Shown here piece by piece: positions 26,936-36,911 of a stretch of DNA of 64,000 nucleotides (positions within the stretch are counted from its first letter, which is position 1; every line of letters starts with the position of its first letter). The translations under genes were made by a program, and so were the position numbers. The notes beneath the pieces were generated by a model, which searched no databases, was not told the DNA's origin, and saw only the letters and a list, made by a program, of their open reading frames with translations. The stretch is from a bacterium (GTDB lineage Bacteria; Elusimicrobiota; Elusimicrobia; UBA1565; UBA9628), in assembly GCA_021782205.1 (NCBI GenBank), contig JAJXVH010000006.1:11058-75057 (forward strand). Direction: 5' to 3'.

Positions 26936-28771
26936 GTGATGCGACGCCTCCTCGGCGGCACGTTGACCTTGATCGTCTTCGCCGCGGCCTCGGCCCTCGG
27001 CGGCGTCGCCACGGTTCCGGACGCGGTCGTCGCGCCCGAAACCAACTCCGGCGCGGCCTCATTCGGCGGCGGATCGGTCGGCCCTGGCGCCGCACCGCTG
27101 TCCGCCGCGGCGGCGCCATCGCTGGCGCCGCCGCTGACGCCGCTGGCGGCGCTGCCCTCCGCGCTGAGCGCTTCCGCCGCCGTGCCGCAGGCCGCGGCGG
27201 CGCCGGCGTTCGCCGCCGCGCCCTCCGTTTCCGCCCCGGCCTCCCCGGCCGCAGCACCGCCGCCGCACGTCGTCTTCGACGTGCGCGGCAGCCGCGGAGG
27301 CAACGGCGACGTCGCGGCCGCCTATCTGACCGCCTACGATCTGCTGTCGCGAACGCGCGGACGGGCCGATGCGATCGTTCCCGCGATGACGTTCGTCACC
27401 GGCGCAGTCGAGCGGCGCATCCTGTCCCGTCTGGCCGGGCACGAACTGGAGGACGGCTCCTTCTTGTTCGACGGAGGAGTCCGCGTCGTCGAGGCCTACA
27501 CGCCGGCCCAGCATGAACCCGCCGACGTCCTGATGAACCTCGCCGCCTCTCACGGGGAGTTCGACCGCCAGGGACACATCCCGGTCCGAGCGGACGGCGT
27601 GATCATCACGCAGACGGTCTTCGGCAACACCGAGTCCGACAAGGACGGTCCCGCCACGGCCTTGGTCGGCGGCCGGCGTCTGGAGATGAGCACCGCCGGT
27701 TTGGAACGCAAGGACGCGGGAATCTACGCCGATCCGGTGGCGCGAGAACTGCGCGGCCTGCCGCGCGGGCAGCTCGCCCGCTTCGTGCGCGACCAGGCCG
27801 CCGACAGCGACGTCAACGGCGCCGCGGCGATCGCCGCCGTCCTCGATCACGAGGTCCTGAACGGGGCCGAGGTCGGCCTGGCCTACGGCATCGGCCTGGC
27901 CGAGGTCAAGCCGCAATTCGAACGCTATCTGGCGGGCCTCTCGGCGCGCGCCCAAGAACGGCGCACCAGCTACGTGATCTTCACGCCGTCTTCGTTCGAT
28001 CTTTCGGACATCAAGTATGCCGCCCTGCGCGCGCACGTGGCCGTCTTCAACGGCGACGTCCCCCTGCCCGAGCGCGCGCGGGAAGGGACCATCTACGTCG
28101 TGAAGACCGGCACGCTGCCGCATCGGCTCTTCGTCGGTTTGATGGCCTACTCGCGGCCGCCCCCGCTGGTCGCCGGCGACGGGGCGATGAGCGCGGCCGT
28201 CGGCCTGGGCCGGCCGTTCGTGATGACGCGGGTCGGCTGGAACGAGAAGAACATCGCCGTCTACGCCGAACGCCTGGCCGCGCGCGCGCCGGCGGCGGAC
28301 CGCGCCCTTCTGCGCGACGTTTACGGCAACCTCAAGCTGGAGCGCGCGTCGGAGCTGGAGAACTTGGCGCCGGCCTACGCGGCGACCTCGCGTTCGATAC
28401 CCCTGCTGACCGACACTTTATTCGAGGCCGTTCACGCCGCGCGCGGTCTGGACTCCTCTGAGGTCGCGACCGACGCGCTGCTGGGCGGCGTCAAGGACGA
28501 GGTCCTCAGGGCCTCCCTCGTTGCTCATCGCAGCCTGAAGGGCGACCCGGACGCCCTGGAGATCGCCTTCGACACCCTGCGCCGCGGCAGCGCGAGCTCC
28601 CGCGGACTGCTGGTCGCGGCCTTGACCCGCGATCTGGCTCGGCGCCTATCGTTCATGCGGCCGCTGATCGACCTGAACATCATGCCGATCAACGCCGCCG
28701 CGGCCCGCCTGACCCTGGCCGTCGCCGCTGCTTTTGAGCGCGGCCGAGGCCGCGCGAGACCCGCGCGCTGA
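26936..28771 (+). CDS. Hypothetical protein: signal/anchor + Ala/Pro-rich linker + ~480-aa domain with faint EarP/GT-B-like motifs
   Basis: MMRRLLGGTLTLIVFAAASALG (the ATG at 26939 is the likelier start). Linker ~aa 40-110. Then FDVRGSRGGNGDVAAAYLTAYDL and PPLVAGDGAMSAAVGLGRPFVMT. Confidence 0.6.
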   Translation: MMRRLLGGTLTLIVFAAASALGGVATVPDAVVAPETNSGAASFGGGSVGPGAAPLSAAAAPSLAPPLTPLAALPSALSASAAVPQAAAAPAFAAAPSVSAPASPAAAPPPHVVFDVRGSRGGNGDVAAAYLTAYDLLSRTRGRADAIVPAMTFVTGAVERRILSRLAGHELEDGSFLFDGGVRVVEAYTPAQHEPADVLMNLAASHGEFDRQGHIPVRADGVIITQTVFGNTESDKDGPATALVGGRRLEMSTAGLERKDAGIYADPVARELRGLPRGQLARFVRDQAADSDVNGAAAIAAVLDHEVLNGAEVGLAYGIGLAEVKPQFERYLAGLSARAQERRTSYVIFTPSSFDLSDIKYAALRAHVAVFNGDVPLPERAREGTIYVVKTGTLPHRLFVGLMAYSRPPPLVAGDGAMSAAVGLGRPFVMTRVGWNEKNIAVYAERLAARAPAADRALLRDVYGNLKLERASELENLAPAYAATSRSIPLLTDTLFEAVHAARGLDSSEVATDALLGGVKDEVLRASLVAHRSLKGDPDALEIAFDTLRRGSASSRGLLVAALTRDLARRLSFMRPLIDLNIMPINAAAARLTLAVAAAFERGRGRARPAR

Positions 28772-28807
28772 CCCTTCCGCGGCTGTTGCCGCCGCGCCCG
28801 CCGCCGC

Positions 28808-29407
28808 CTAACGAAAAAGATTTCGAAAAGCGGCCATCTCGATGGGGTGTATCTCGACGTCTTCCGGCGCGCGCACGGCGACGGACATGTCGGCCTGACG
28901 CGCGCCCAGGACGGCGTACTGGGCTTCCAGCGCATTGAGTTCCAAAGTGAGGACGCCCTTGCCGTGAAGATCGCCGCTGGTGGCGACGCCAAGGACTCGG
29001 ACATTTTGCAGGATCGTGGCCGCGAGCTCTTCCTTGGCGCCGGAGGGTCCGGAAACGTCGAAGACGACGAGCAAGTCCACGCGGTCGCCGGGCTTGACGG
29101 AGAGCAATTGGTCCTCGCCCACGGTGATGCCCACGGAACGCCACCCGGGCCGCGGGCCGGTCTTGTCGAAGACCGATTTCACCGCCCGCGCCGGGCCGAC
29201 GGTCGGAGCAAGGCTCGACGGGGCGGAGATGCACATGCCTCCGACGGTCATCCCCGCGACGCTCATGACCAAAGCGGACGGGTCGCGGACATTGAGAGGC
29301 GTGACGACGTCAGCAGCCTCCGGCACGGAAGCCGTCGCGGCCCGCGCCGCGAACGCCCGCGGCATCCCGAGCAGCAGGCCGGTCAGCAAGGCGAGAGATT
29401 TTCTCAT
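28808..29407 (-). CDS. CpaB/RcpC-like (Flp-pilus assembly protein C-terminal domain) orphan protein
   Basis: Signal MRKSLALLTGLLLGMPRAFA. ...KPGDRVDLLVVFDV...ATILQNVRVLGVAT...VLTLELNALEAQYAVLGARQADMSVAVR matches the RcpC pattern. Confidence 0.55.
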   Translation of the reverse strand: MRKSLALLTGLLLGMPRAFAARAATASVPEAADVVTPLNVRDPSALVMSVAGMTVGGMCISAPSSLAPTVGPARAVKSVFDKTGPRPGWRSVGITVGEDQLLSVKPGDRVDLLVVFDVSGPSGAKEELAATILQNVRVLGVATSGDLHGKGVLTLELNALEAQYAVLGARQADMSVAVRAPEDVEIHPIEMAAFRNLFR

Positions 29408-29544
29408 AGGAGAAATATAAGCCCGCCGGGCGGAGAAATCAAGAGTCGTCGTCAGGAACGTCGGCGTCGAGTCTCTCCGAACGAGGCGGCCGACGCGCCC
29501 GTTGACCTTGACGATCTCAGGGGCGCAGGGCCCAAAGATCCCGG

Positions 29545-31461
29545 CTACGCCGGCCGCTGGAGGAACACCGCGCCCAGCGGCGGCAGGTCCAGGACGACGG
29601 ACCAGTCACGGCCGTGGCTGGGATGGCGTTCGGCGTTCGCGCCGCCGACGCCGGCGAAGCCCGAGCCGCCGAACTCGACGGCGTCGGAGTCGGCGAGGCA
29701 ATCCCAGCGGCCCTCGGCGCTCACGCCCAGGCGGTAGCCGCGGCGCGGCACGGGCGTGAGGTTGAAGACGCAGAGGACCTGCTCCTTGTCCGAGGCGCCC
29801 TTGCGCAGGAAGGAGAGCACGGAGTTGTCCGCGTCGGCGGCGTCGACCCACTCGAAGCCGGCGGGCTCATTGTCGTGCGCGTGCAGGGCGGACTGCGCGC
29901 GGTAGAGGCGGTTCAAGCGTTCGATCCAGCGCGAGACGCCCTTGTGCGGCTCCCATTGCAGGAGATGCCAGTCGATGGAGCGCTCGTGGCTCCACTCGTC
30001 GCGCTGGGCGATCTCGTCGCCCATGAACAAGAGCTTTTTTCCCGGCATGGCCCACTGCCAGGCGTACAGCAGGCGCAGGTTGGCGAACTTCTGCCAGTCG
30101 TCGCCGGGCATTTGATTGATGAGCGAGCCCTTGCCGTGCACCACCTCGTCGTGGGACAGCGGCATGACGAAGCTCTCCGTGAACTGGTAGATGGCGCGGA
30201 AGGTCAGGTCGTTCTGGTGGTAGCGGCGGTGCACCGGCTCCTTGCGGAAGTAGACCAGGCTGTCATGCATCCAGCCCATGTCCCACTTGAAGCCGAAGCC
30301 CAGGCCGCCCGCGTACGTGGGCCGCGACACGCCGCCCCACGCCGTCGACTCCTCGGCGATGGTCTGCACGTCGGGAAAGTTCCGGTAGACCGCCTCGTTG
30401 AATTTTTTAAGGAAGTCGATGGCCTCCAGGTTCTCGCGGCCGCCGTAGCGGTTGGCAATCCACTCCCCCTCCTTGCGCGAGTAGTCCAGATACAGCATCG
30501 AGGCCACCGCGTCCACGCGCAGGCCGTCCACGTGGTATTTCTCCAGCCAGAACAGCGCGTTGGAGATCAGGAACGCGCGCACCTCGTTGCGGCTGTAGTT
30601 GAAGATCGCGCTCTTCCAATCCGGGTGGAAGCCCTGGCGCGGGTCGGCGTGCTCATAGAGGTGCGTGCCGTCGAAATAGGCCAGGCCGTGGCCGTCGTTG
30701 GGAAAGTGAGACGGCACCCAGTCCAGGATCACGCCGAGGCCCTGGGAGTGCAGATGGTCCACCAGGAACATGAAGTCCTGCGGCGTGCCGTAGCGCGAGG
30801 TAGGCGCGTAATAGCCCGTGGTCTGGTAGCCCCAGGAGCCGTAGAACGGATGCTCCATGACCGGCAGAAGCTCCACGTGCGTAAATCCGTGACGGCGCGC
30901 GTGCTCGGCCAGCAAAGGCGCGGCCTCGCGGTAGGTCAAAGAACGGTTGCCGTCCTCGGGCACGCGCCGCCAGGAGCCCAGGTGCACCTCGTAGATCGAC
31001 AGCGGCGCTCCATGCGCCTGACGCGCGCCGCGCGCGCCCAGCCACGCCGCGTCGTTCCAGCGATAGTCCAGGTCCCAAACCACCGACGCCGTGCGCGGCG
31101 GCTCTTCCTGGCGGAAGCCCTGCGGGTCGGCCTTCTCGGTTTTTTGCCCGTTCGGACCCGCGATCCAATACTTGTACAACGCGCCCTTGCCCACGCCGGG
31201 CACGAAGCCTTCCCAGATGCCCGAGGACGCGCGGGGCTTCAGCGGATGCTTGGACTTCGACCAGCCGTTGAAGTCCCCCATCACGTGCACCTTGCGCGCC
31301 GACGGCGCCCACACCGCGAAGAACGTCCCCGCCCGGCCCTCGACCTCGCCCAGGTGCGCGCCTAGACGATCGTAGAGGCGCTCGTGCGTGCCTTCGTTGA
31401 ATAGATGCAAATCCTGGTCCGCCAGACGGCTGACCTTGTGCTCCACCGCTTCGTTCGTCAC
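29545..31461 (-). CDS. glgB: 1,4-alpha-glucan branching enzyme
   Basis: ORF 29545..32403 trimmed to GTG 31461 (GTGA overlap with the malQ stop). GH13 motifs [37 protein letters not shown]. Confidence 0.92.
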   Translation of the reverse strand: MTNEAVEHKVSRLADQDLHLFNEGTHERLYDRLGAHLGEVEGRAGTFFAVWAPSARKVHVMGDFNGWSKSKHPLKPRASSGIWEGFVPGVGKGALYKYWIAGPNGQKTEKADPQGFRQEEPPRTASVVWDLDYRWNDAAWLGARGARQAHGAPLSIYEVHLGSWRRVPEDGNRSLTYREAAPLLAEHARRHGFTHVELLPVMEHPFYGSWGYQTTGYYAPTSRYGTPQDFMFLVDHLHSQGLGVILDWVPSHFPNDGHGLAYFDGTHLYEHADPRQGFHPDWKSAIFNYSRNEVRAFLISNALFWLEKYHVDGLRVDAVASMLYLDYSRKEGEWIANRYGGRENLEAIDFLKKFNEAVYRNFPDVQTIAEESTAWGGVSRPTYAGGLGFGFKWDMGWMHDSLVYFRKEPVHRRYHQNDLTFRAIYQFTESFVMPLSHDEVVHGKGSLINQMPGDDWQKFANLRLLYAWQWAMPGKKLLFMGDEIAQRDEWSHERSIDWHLLQWEPHKGVSRWIERLNRLYRAQSALHAHDNEPAGFEWVDAADADNSVLSFLRKGASDKEQVLCVFNLTPVPRRGYRLGVSAEGRWDCLADSDAVEFGGSGFAGVGGANAERHPSHGRDWSVVLDLPPLGAVFLQRPA

Positions 31462-32942
31462 GTTGCCTCCGGCGCCCGGCCCGTCGCTCCCGTCAAAACG
31501 CCCAGCCGACCCGCCAGCCGCGCCGTCAGCGCGTCCGGCTCCATGCGCCAGCGCCAGTTGCCGTCCACCGTCCCCGGGTGGTTCATGCGCGCCTCGCCGC
31601 CCAGGCCCAGCAGATCCTGCATGGGCGCCACCGCCAGCCGCGACGGCGAGCGCCACACCACGCGCGTCATCGCCCAGGCCGGACCGTCGGCGATCGCTCC
31701 GCCCGCCGCGCTCAGGAAGGCCGCGCGCTCGCGCGCGAGCTGCTCCGGCGTGCGGCCGGAGGAGCCGTCGTCCTCGAACCAGGCGCGCGCCGTGTCGTTG
31801 TCGTGCGTGCCGGTGTAGGCCGCGCTGTTCTCCGGCCAATGCGCGGGCCCGTCTTTTTCCTCGCCGAAGGAGAACTGGCCGATCTTCATGCCCGGCAGGC
31901 CGAACTTGTCGCGCAGGGCCGCCACCGGCGGCGTCAGCGCGCCCAAGTCCTCGGCGATCAGGCCCAGATGGGGCACCTCGCGCCGGATCGTCTCGAACAA
32001 GGCGTCGCCCGGCGCGGTCACCCAGCGCCCCCCCGCCGCCGTCTTCGCCCCCGCGGGCACTTCCCAGTAGTTGCGAAAGCCGATGAAGTGGTCGAGCCGG
32101 AGCGCGTCGAAGCGCGCGGCCGCAAGCCTCAGGCGCGCCGTCCACCACGCAAAGCCCGTGGCCTCGTGCGCCTCCCAGCGGTAGAGCGGGTTGCCCCACA
32201 GTTGGCCGTCCGCCGAAAAATAATCCGGCGGCACGCCCGCGCAGCCGTCGGGCCGGCCCGCCTCGTCCAGGCGGAACAACTCCTGGCGCGACCAGCAGTC
32301 CGCGCTGTCGTGGCTGACGTAGATCGGCGCGTCGCCGATCAGCCCCACCCCGCGCGCCGCCGCGTGCCGGCGCACCGCCTCCCACTGGCGCGAAAACAGC
32401 CATTGCGAGAATTCATGGAACGCGACCTCCGCGCCCAGGCGCGCGCGCGCGGCCGCCAGCGCGGCGGGCTCGCGCCGGCGCAGGGGCTCGTCCCACTGCG
32501 TCCACGGCCGCCCGCCCTGCGCGTCCTTGAGCGCCAAAAACAAAGCGTGATCGGAAAGCCAGACGGACTCGCGCGCGACGAACGCCTCCAGGTCCGCGCG
32601 GTCCTCGCGCGCGGCGCGCTTGGAAAAATGCGCGAACGCCGCGCGCAGCGCGCGCTCGCGCGGCTGGCCCAGCTCGGACTTCTTGAGCAGGCCTTCGGCC
32701 GCCAGCAGGTCCGCGTCGATGAGCGCCGGGTTGCCCGCGAACGCGGACGGGGAGTTGTAGGGCGAGCCGCCCCCGTCGGTCGGGCACAGCGGCAGGACCT
32801 GCCACCAGGACTGCCCCGCGTCGGCCAGGAATTCCACGAACTCCAGCGCCCGCGCGCCCAGCGACCCGCCGCGCGGGCCGGGCAAGGACGTGGGGTGCAG
32901 GAGGACGCCGCTGAGCCGTCGAGACAGCGCCGGTTGTTTCAT
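31458..32942 (-). CDS. malQ: 4-alpha-glucanotransferase (amylomaltase)
   Basis: [12 protein letters not shown]..., [17 protein letters not shown], ...GTHDNDT... Confidence 0.9.
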   Translation of the reverse strand: MKQPALSRRLSGVLLHPTSLPGPRGGSLGARALEFVEFLADAGQSWWQVLPLCPTDGGGSPYNSPSAFAGNPALIDADLLAAEGLLKKSELGQPRERALRAAFAHFSKRAAREDRADLEAFVARESVWLSDHALFLALKDAQGGRPWTQWDEPLRRREPAALAAARARLGAEVAFHEFSQWLFSRQWEAVRRHAAARGVGLIGDAPIYVSHDSADCWSRQELFRLDEAGRPDGCAGVPPDYFSADGQLWGNPLYRWEAHEATGFAWWTARLRLAAARFDALRLDHFIGFRNYWEVPAGAKTAAGGRWVTAPGDALFETIRREVPHLGLIAEDLGALTPPVAALRDKFGLPGMKIGQFSFGEEKDGPAHWPENSAAYTGTHDNDTARAWFEDDGSSGRTPEQLARERAAFLSAAGGAIADGPAWAMTRVVWRSPSRLAVAPMQDLLGLGGEARMNHPGTVDGNWRWRMEPDALTARLAGRLGVLTGATGRAPEAT

Positions 32943-33101
32943 CGCGCGGCGATTTTAGCACTTCGCCCGGCCGCCGTGCTCTTGCGCCCGCCTCAACCGG
33001 CTCTTCACCGGCCGCTTGGTCGCTCGCTGCTCAACGATAGAAACAAAGCGGCGTCGCAGGCGACTCGGAGGAGTTCGAGGCCTCCGACCGATGGTGACAC
33101 A

Positions 33102-34085
33102 ATGTTCGCGCCGCCCGCCGTCCATGCGAAACGCGGCACGAGGGGCTGTTTCGTTGCTAAGTCCATGGTTCGGATGACGACTCTTCCCCAGGACCCGGCA
33201 ACGGCCGCGGCCAATCAAAAATGCCTGCGTTGCCACGCGCTGACGACGCTCGGCTACAGGAACGCGGCGGACGGGCTGTATGTGAACTTGTCCGTCAGCC
33301 CGGCCGAATATCACGCGTCCAACCACGGCAAGCTGGCCTGCGTGAAGTGCCACACGAAGGCCTTCCAAACTTTTCCCCACTCGGCGAAACTGCGCCGCAA
33401 GCAGCTGGTCTGCCTGGACTGCCATAAAAAGGATCGCAAGCTCCTGAAGTTCCAGTTTCCCGGCATTCTGCGCGAATTCCAGGCCAGCGTGCACGTCCAG
33501 AAGCTGGGCAAGAAGTTCACCTGCTTCCAATGCCACGACCCGCACGGCTTCAAGATCCACGCGCGCGTCAGCCGCCGGGTGGCGCAGACCGTACTGTACG
33601 ACAACCGCATCTGCCTGCAATGCCATGGCAATGAGCCCGCGGTCCTTCTGGCGTCGGGAAAGCCCCAGCCCAGCCTGGACCTCATCCACGCCTGGCTGCC
33701 GCACACGGAACTGCACTGGGCCAACGTGCGCTGCATCGACTGCCACACCTCGCCCTCGAACACGGGCGTCTCCCATCAGATACTGCCCAAGGAGCGCGCC
33801 GTGCGCGACTGCGTGCGCTGCCACAGCTCCAATTCCCTTCTTCTGCAGTCTCTCTACAAATTTCAGGCGCGCCAGGAGCGCAGCCGCGACGGCTTTCTCA
33901 ACGCGACGATTCTCAACCAATCCTACGTCATCGGCGCCACGCGCAACTACTATCTCAACGTGCTCAGCTTCGTCGTGTTCGGCCTGACCGTTGCGGGCAT
34001 CGCCGTACACGCCGGCCTGCGCCGCTATTTCAACGGAAAGCGCGCGGCCGAAGACGAAAAAAGGAGGCGCCATGGGCAGCCATAG
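33102..34085 (+). CDS. Heptahaem c-type cytochrome with C-terminal TM helix
   Basis: C-terminal part of ORF 31578..34085 (the rest is malQ antisense shadow). Seven CxxCH: CLRCH, CVKCH, CLDCH, CFQCH, CLQCH, CIDCH, CVRCH. TM helix LNVLSFVVFGLTVAGIAVHAGL. Start is uncertain (ATG 33102, 33165 or 33174) and no obvious signal peptide is present. Confidence 0.75.
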   Translation: MFAPPAVHAKRGTRGCFVAKSMVRMTTLPQDPATAAANQKCLRCHALTTLGYRNAADGLYVNLSVSPAEYHASNHGKLACVKCHTKAFQTFPHSAKLRRKQLVCLDCHKKDRKLLKFQFPGILREFQASVHVQKLGKKFTCFQCHDPHGFKIHARVSRRVAQTVLYDNRICLQCHGNEPAVLLASGKPQPSLDLIHAWLPHTELHWANVRCIDCHTSPSNTGVSHQILPKERAVRDCVRCHSSNSLLLQSLYKFQARQERSRDGFLNATILNQSYVIGATRNYYLNVLSFVVFGLTVAGIAVHAGLRRYFNGKRAAEDEKRRRHGQP

Positions 34086-34725
34086 GCGGTACTTCTATCC
34101 CGTGTGGCTGCGGCTTTGGCACGGGCTGAATGCCGCCCTGTTTCTGGGGCTGATTTTCACGGGCCTCAACCTTCAGTACGCCAGCGCCTCCGCGGCGAAC
34201 CTGAATTTTCGCGCCGCCATCCTGATCCACAACGTCTGCGGCATCGCGCTGTCGCTGAACTACCTGGCGTTCGTCGCGCTGAACGCGGCCACCGGCAACG
34301 GGCGGCAGTATCTGCCGCGCCTGAAATCCATCGTCGGCGACATGCTCTTGCAGGCGCGCTACTACCTGTTCGGCATTTTCCGCGGCGACCCGCACCCGTT
34401 CGAGACGACGCCGCAACGCAAGTTCAACCCGCTTCAGCAAGTCACCTACCTGCTGATCATGTACGCGGTCGTGCCCGGCGCGATCATCACCGGCATTGGC
34501 CTGCTGGCTCCCGACATCCTGGTCCGGCAGGTTTTCGGCCTGTCCGGGCTGACGCTGACGGATTTGACCCACACGGTCTTCGGATTTATCCTGTCGCTGT
34601 TCCTGCTCGGCCATCTGTACCTGGCCACGACGGGCGAGACGCCGACGGCGAATTTCAAAGCCATGCTGACCGGCTGGCACGAGGACGCGCGCGTGCCGGA
34701 AACAACGAGGGGGACGAACCCGTGA
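34072..34725 (+). CDS. Membrane b-type cytochrome (HydC/FdnI/PhsC-like, PF01292-type)
   Basis: AAGGAGG lies 5 nt upstream of ATG 34072. YFYPVWLRLWHGLNAALFLGLIFTGL. Four candidate haem-ligand His on TM helices (WHG, LIHN, LTHT, LGHL). 14-nt overlap with the preceding gene. Confidence 0.8.
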   Translation: MGSHRRYFYPVWLRLWHGLNAALFLGLIFTGLNLQYASASAANLNFRAAILIHNVCGIALSLNYLAFVALNAATGNGRQYLPRLKSIVGDMLLQARYYLFGIFRGDPHPFETTPQRKFNPLQQVTYLLIMYAVVPGAIITGIGLLAPDILVRQVFGLSGLTLTDLTHTVFGFILSLFLLGHLYLATTGETPTANFKAMLTGWHEDARVPETTRGTNP

Positions 34726-36911
34726 GAAAACAGGCATCCGCGTTCGCAAAAACCAGAATCGGCCTGGCGGTCCTGGTCCTGGCCGCGCTCGCCGTCGGCG
34801 GCTGGCTGTCGGCCAAAATCTTCTACGAGCCCGCCTTCGAGTGGTATACCGGCGTCAAAAACGGCCCGCTGACGTTCAACACCAGCGTGGCGGTGACCCC
34901 GGCCGAGTTCGAGAAGATCGCGCGGGAACTGACCGCGCAGGAACGCCAGGACCGCGCCGAGGCGCTCACCCGCGGCAAAAAGGACGCCTTCACGCGCAAG
35001 GTGGAGACGGACATGCTGATGAACACGGCCTCGTTCTCCTCCGACACCGGCTTCAAGCACATCAAGTACTTCCGCGACGCCGGCATCCTGCGCTACGAGG
35101 GCCCGGGGACCTGCCTGCGCTGTCACGCCGACATCCCGGTCAATCACGCCGACGGCACGTCCGGGCGAGTGAACACGCTCGACGACGTGGTCAATTCCGT
35201 GCACTTCACCTTCCAGAAGCGCGCGGCCGGCTTCTCCACTTACGGCTACAACGGCAAGCAGGTCAACGCCGAGGGCCGCCCCATCCCCGTGGGCAAGATC
35301 GACCGCGCCTGCGGCATCCCGGGCAGCTTCACCTGGACGGGCTGGGCCGCCCTGGTCAAGAGCCGCCCCGCCTCCGCCCACGGCGCGGTCGTGATGCGCA
35401 GCGAGGGCTGCGGCCAATGCCACATCGGCGGCAACTACCACCCCGCCACCGAGAAGATGCTGCCGTTCGGGGACGTGCCGAAGTCGGCCAAGGAAGGCAT
35501 CGACTGCCTGATCTGCCACGCCCAGGCCTACGACATGAACGAAAAATACGTCATCCAGGACGCCGTCGGCCTGCGCTGGAATCAGGATCGCAGCCTGAAG
35601 GCGGCCATGTCGGTGACCAAGCCGTCCAACAAAAATTGCCTGAACTGCCACCAGCACAACTTCGGCGGCGACACCTACGCCGACAACTCCGCCTCGCATC
35701 ACCCGGGCTACTTGAACCCCCGCATCCTCCATGACGGCGCCAAGCGCGGCATGCCTTTCGATCCGAAAGAGGACGTGCACGCGGCGGCCGGCGTCCAATG
35801 CCTGGACTGCCACGTGCCGGAGGGCCATCTCATCCCGCGCGGCACCAAGGGCACGGACCTGGTGGCCAACGACCTGCCCAACAAGGTGGTCGCCTGCGAG
35901 AACTGCCACACGTCCGCCCCCCACACCAAGAACAAGCTGATGGACGTGGTCCTAAACGGCCACGTGGCCCGCGTCGCCTGCGAGACCTGCCACATCAAGC
36001 AGTTGCGCCACCAGAGCGTGGTCCTGCGCGATTGGGTCCACCCCACCTACAGCCCCGAGGAAGGCATTTACATCTTCACCGACGTGCTGCAGTCGGGCAA
36101 GGCCGACGAAGGTTTCCGCTACTTCTGGTATAACGGCAACGGCACCTTCCTGGCCAACGCTCTGGGCGACAACCCCGATAAGTCCGGGCGCTACAACCCG
36201 CTGATGGACCAGATGACGCGGCTGACCAATCCCGCCGGAATCGAGGAAGTCCGCCGGACGGCGAAGGAATCCTTCCACTGGAGCGACAAGCAGATCGACG
36301 ACTACCTCAAGCCGATCGTCGACAGCCTGTCGCAGCTCACCCCGGAGATGCTCGAGAAGCGCCGGGCGATGATCGCCCGGAACATCATTCCGGTCCAAGA
36401 CCTGGGCGACAGCAAGATCTATCCGTTCAAGCTCTTCAACGCGATGATGTACGAGGACATGACCAACCAAGGCCCGTTCGGCGCCATGCTCCTGCCCTTC
36501 GACTACCCGACCTACTATGAGACCGGCGTCTCTTCGGAGGCCGTGCGCGTGGCGATCCAAAATCCCATGATCAAGCGGATGTACCAGTATCCGTTCAAGA
36601 TCTACATGATGGACGCGTTCATGCATTACTTCGGCGTGGACCAATGGTCCGACGTCTATCCGCTCGCCGACGACGGGACGCTGCGCAACGTCGAGCCGCA
36701 TTGGATGCGCCAATACGGCACGCTGATGCTCAACCACTCCATTAAGAAGGACGGCCTCCTATGCGCCGACTGCCACTCATCTCACGGCCTGATCGACTTC
36801 AAGGCCTTGGGCTACTCGGCGCAGAGAATCCACGACCTGGAGAATCTCCCGGAAGTGAAGTACTTCAAGAAGGCCTCGTCCCCGAAGGCCGCGCCGGTGA
36901 AGCGGCTTTAA
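34722..36911 (+). CDS. Large (729-aa) octahaem c-type cytochrome with N-terminal signal-anchor
   Basis: ORF 34104..36911 trimmed to GTG 34722 (GTGA overlap with the cyt b stop; AGGGGG upstream). Anchor IGLAVLVLAALAVGGWL. Eight CxxCH: CLRCH, CGQCH, CLICH, CLNCH, CLDCH, CENCH, CETCH, CADCH. Confidence 0.8.
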   Translation: MRKQASAFAKTRIGLAVLVLAALAVGGWLSAKIFYEPAFEWYTGVKNGPLTFNTSVAVTPAEFEKIARELTAQERQDRAEALTRGKKDAFTRKVETDMLMNTASFSSDTGFKHIKYFRDAGILRYEGPGTCLRCHADIPVNHADGTSGRVNTLDDVVNSVHFTFQKRAAGFSTYGYNGKQVNAEGRPIPVGKIDRACGIPGSFTWTGWAALVKSRPASAHGAVVMRSEGCGQCHIGGNYHPATEKMLPFGDVPKSAKEGIDCLICHAQAYDMNEKYVIQDAVGLRWNQDRSLKAAMSVTKPSNKNCLNCHQHNFGGDTYADNSASHHPGYLNPRILHDGAKRGMPFDPKEDVHAAAGVQCLDCHVPEGHLIPRGTKGTDLVANDLPNKVVACENCHTSAPHTKNKLMDVVLNGHVARVACETCHIKQLRHQSVVLRDWVHPTYSPEEGIYIFTDVLQSGKADEGFRYFWYNGNGTFLANALGDNPDKSGRYNPLMDQMTRLTNPAGIEEVRRTAKESFHWSDKQIDDYLKPIVDSLSQLTPEMLEKRRAMIARNIIPVQDLGDSKIYPFKLFNAMMYEDMTNQGPFGAMLLPFDYPTYYETGVSSEAVRVAIQNPMIKRMYQYPFKIYMMDAFMHYFGVDQWSDVYPLADDGTLRNVEPHWMRQYGTLMLNHSIKKDGLLCADCHSSHGLIDFKALGYSAQRIHDLENLPEVKYFKKASSPKAAPVKRL

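Noticed and set aside
33066-33086. Hairpin CGGAGG-N9-CCTCCG upstream of the heptahaem cytochrome gene, which might sequester an SD-like GGAGG
   Set aside because: The stem is only 6 bp, and no start codon lies at a suitable distance from the GGAGG. It is likely fortuitous.
31578-33101. N-terminal ~500 aa of the 835-aa ORF 31578..34085
   Set aside because: It is antisense to malQ and Arg/Ala/Pro-rich. Only the last ~327 aa (the seven-CxxCH part) look like a real protein.
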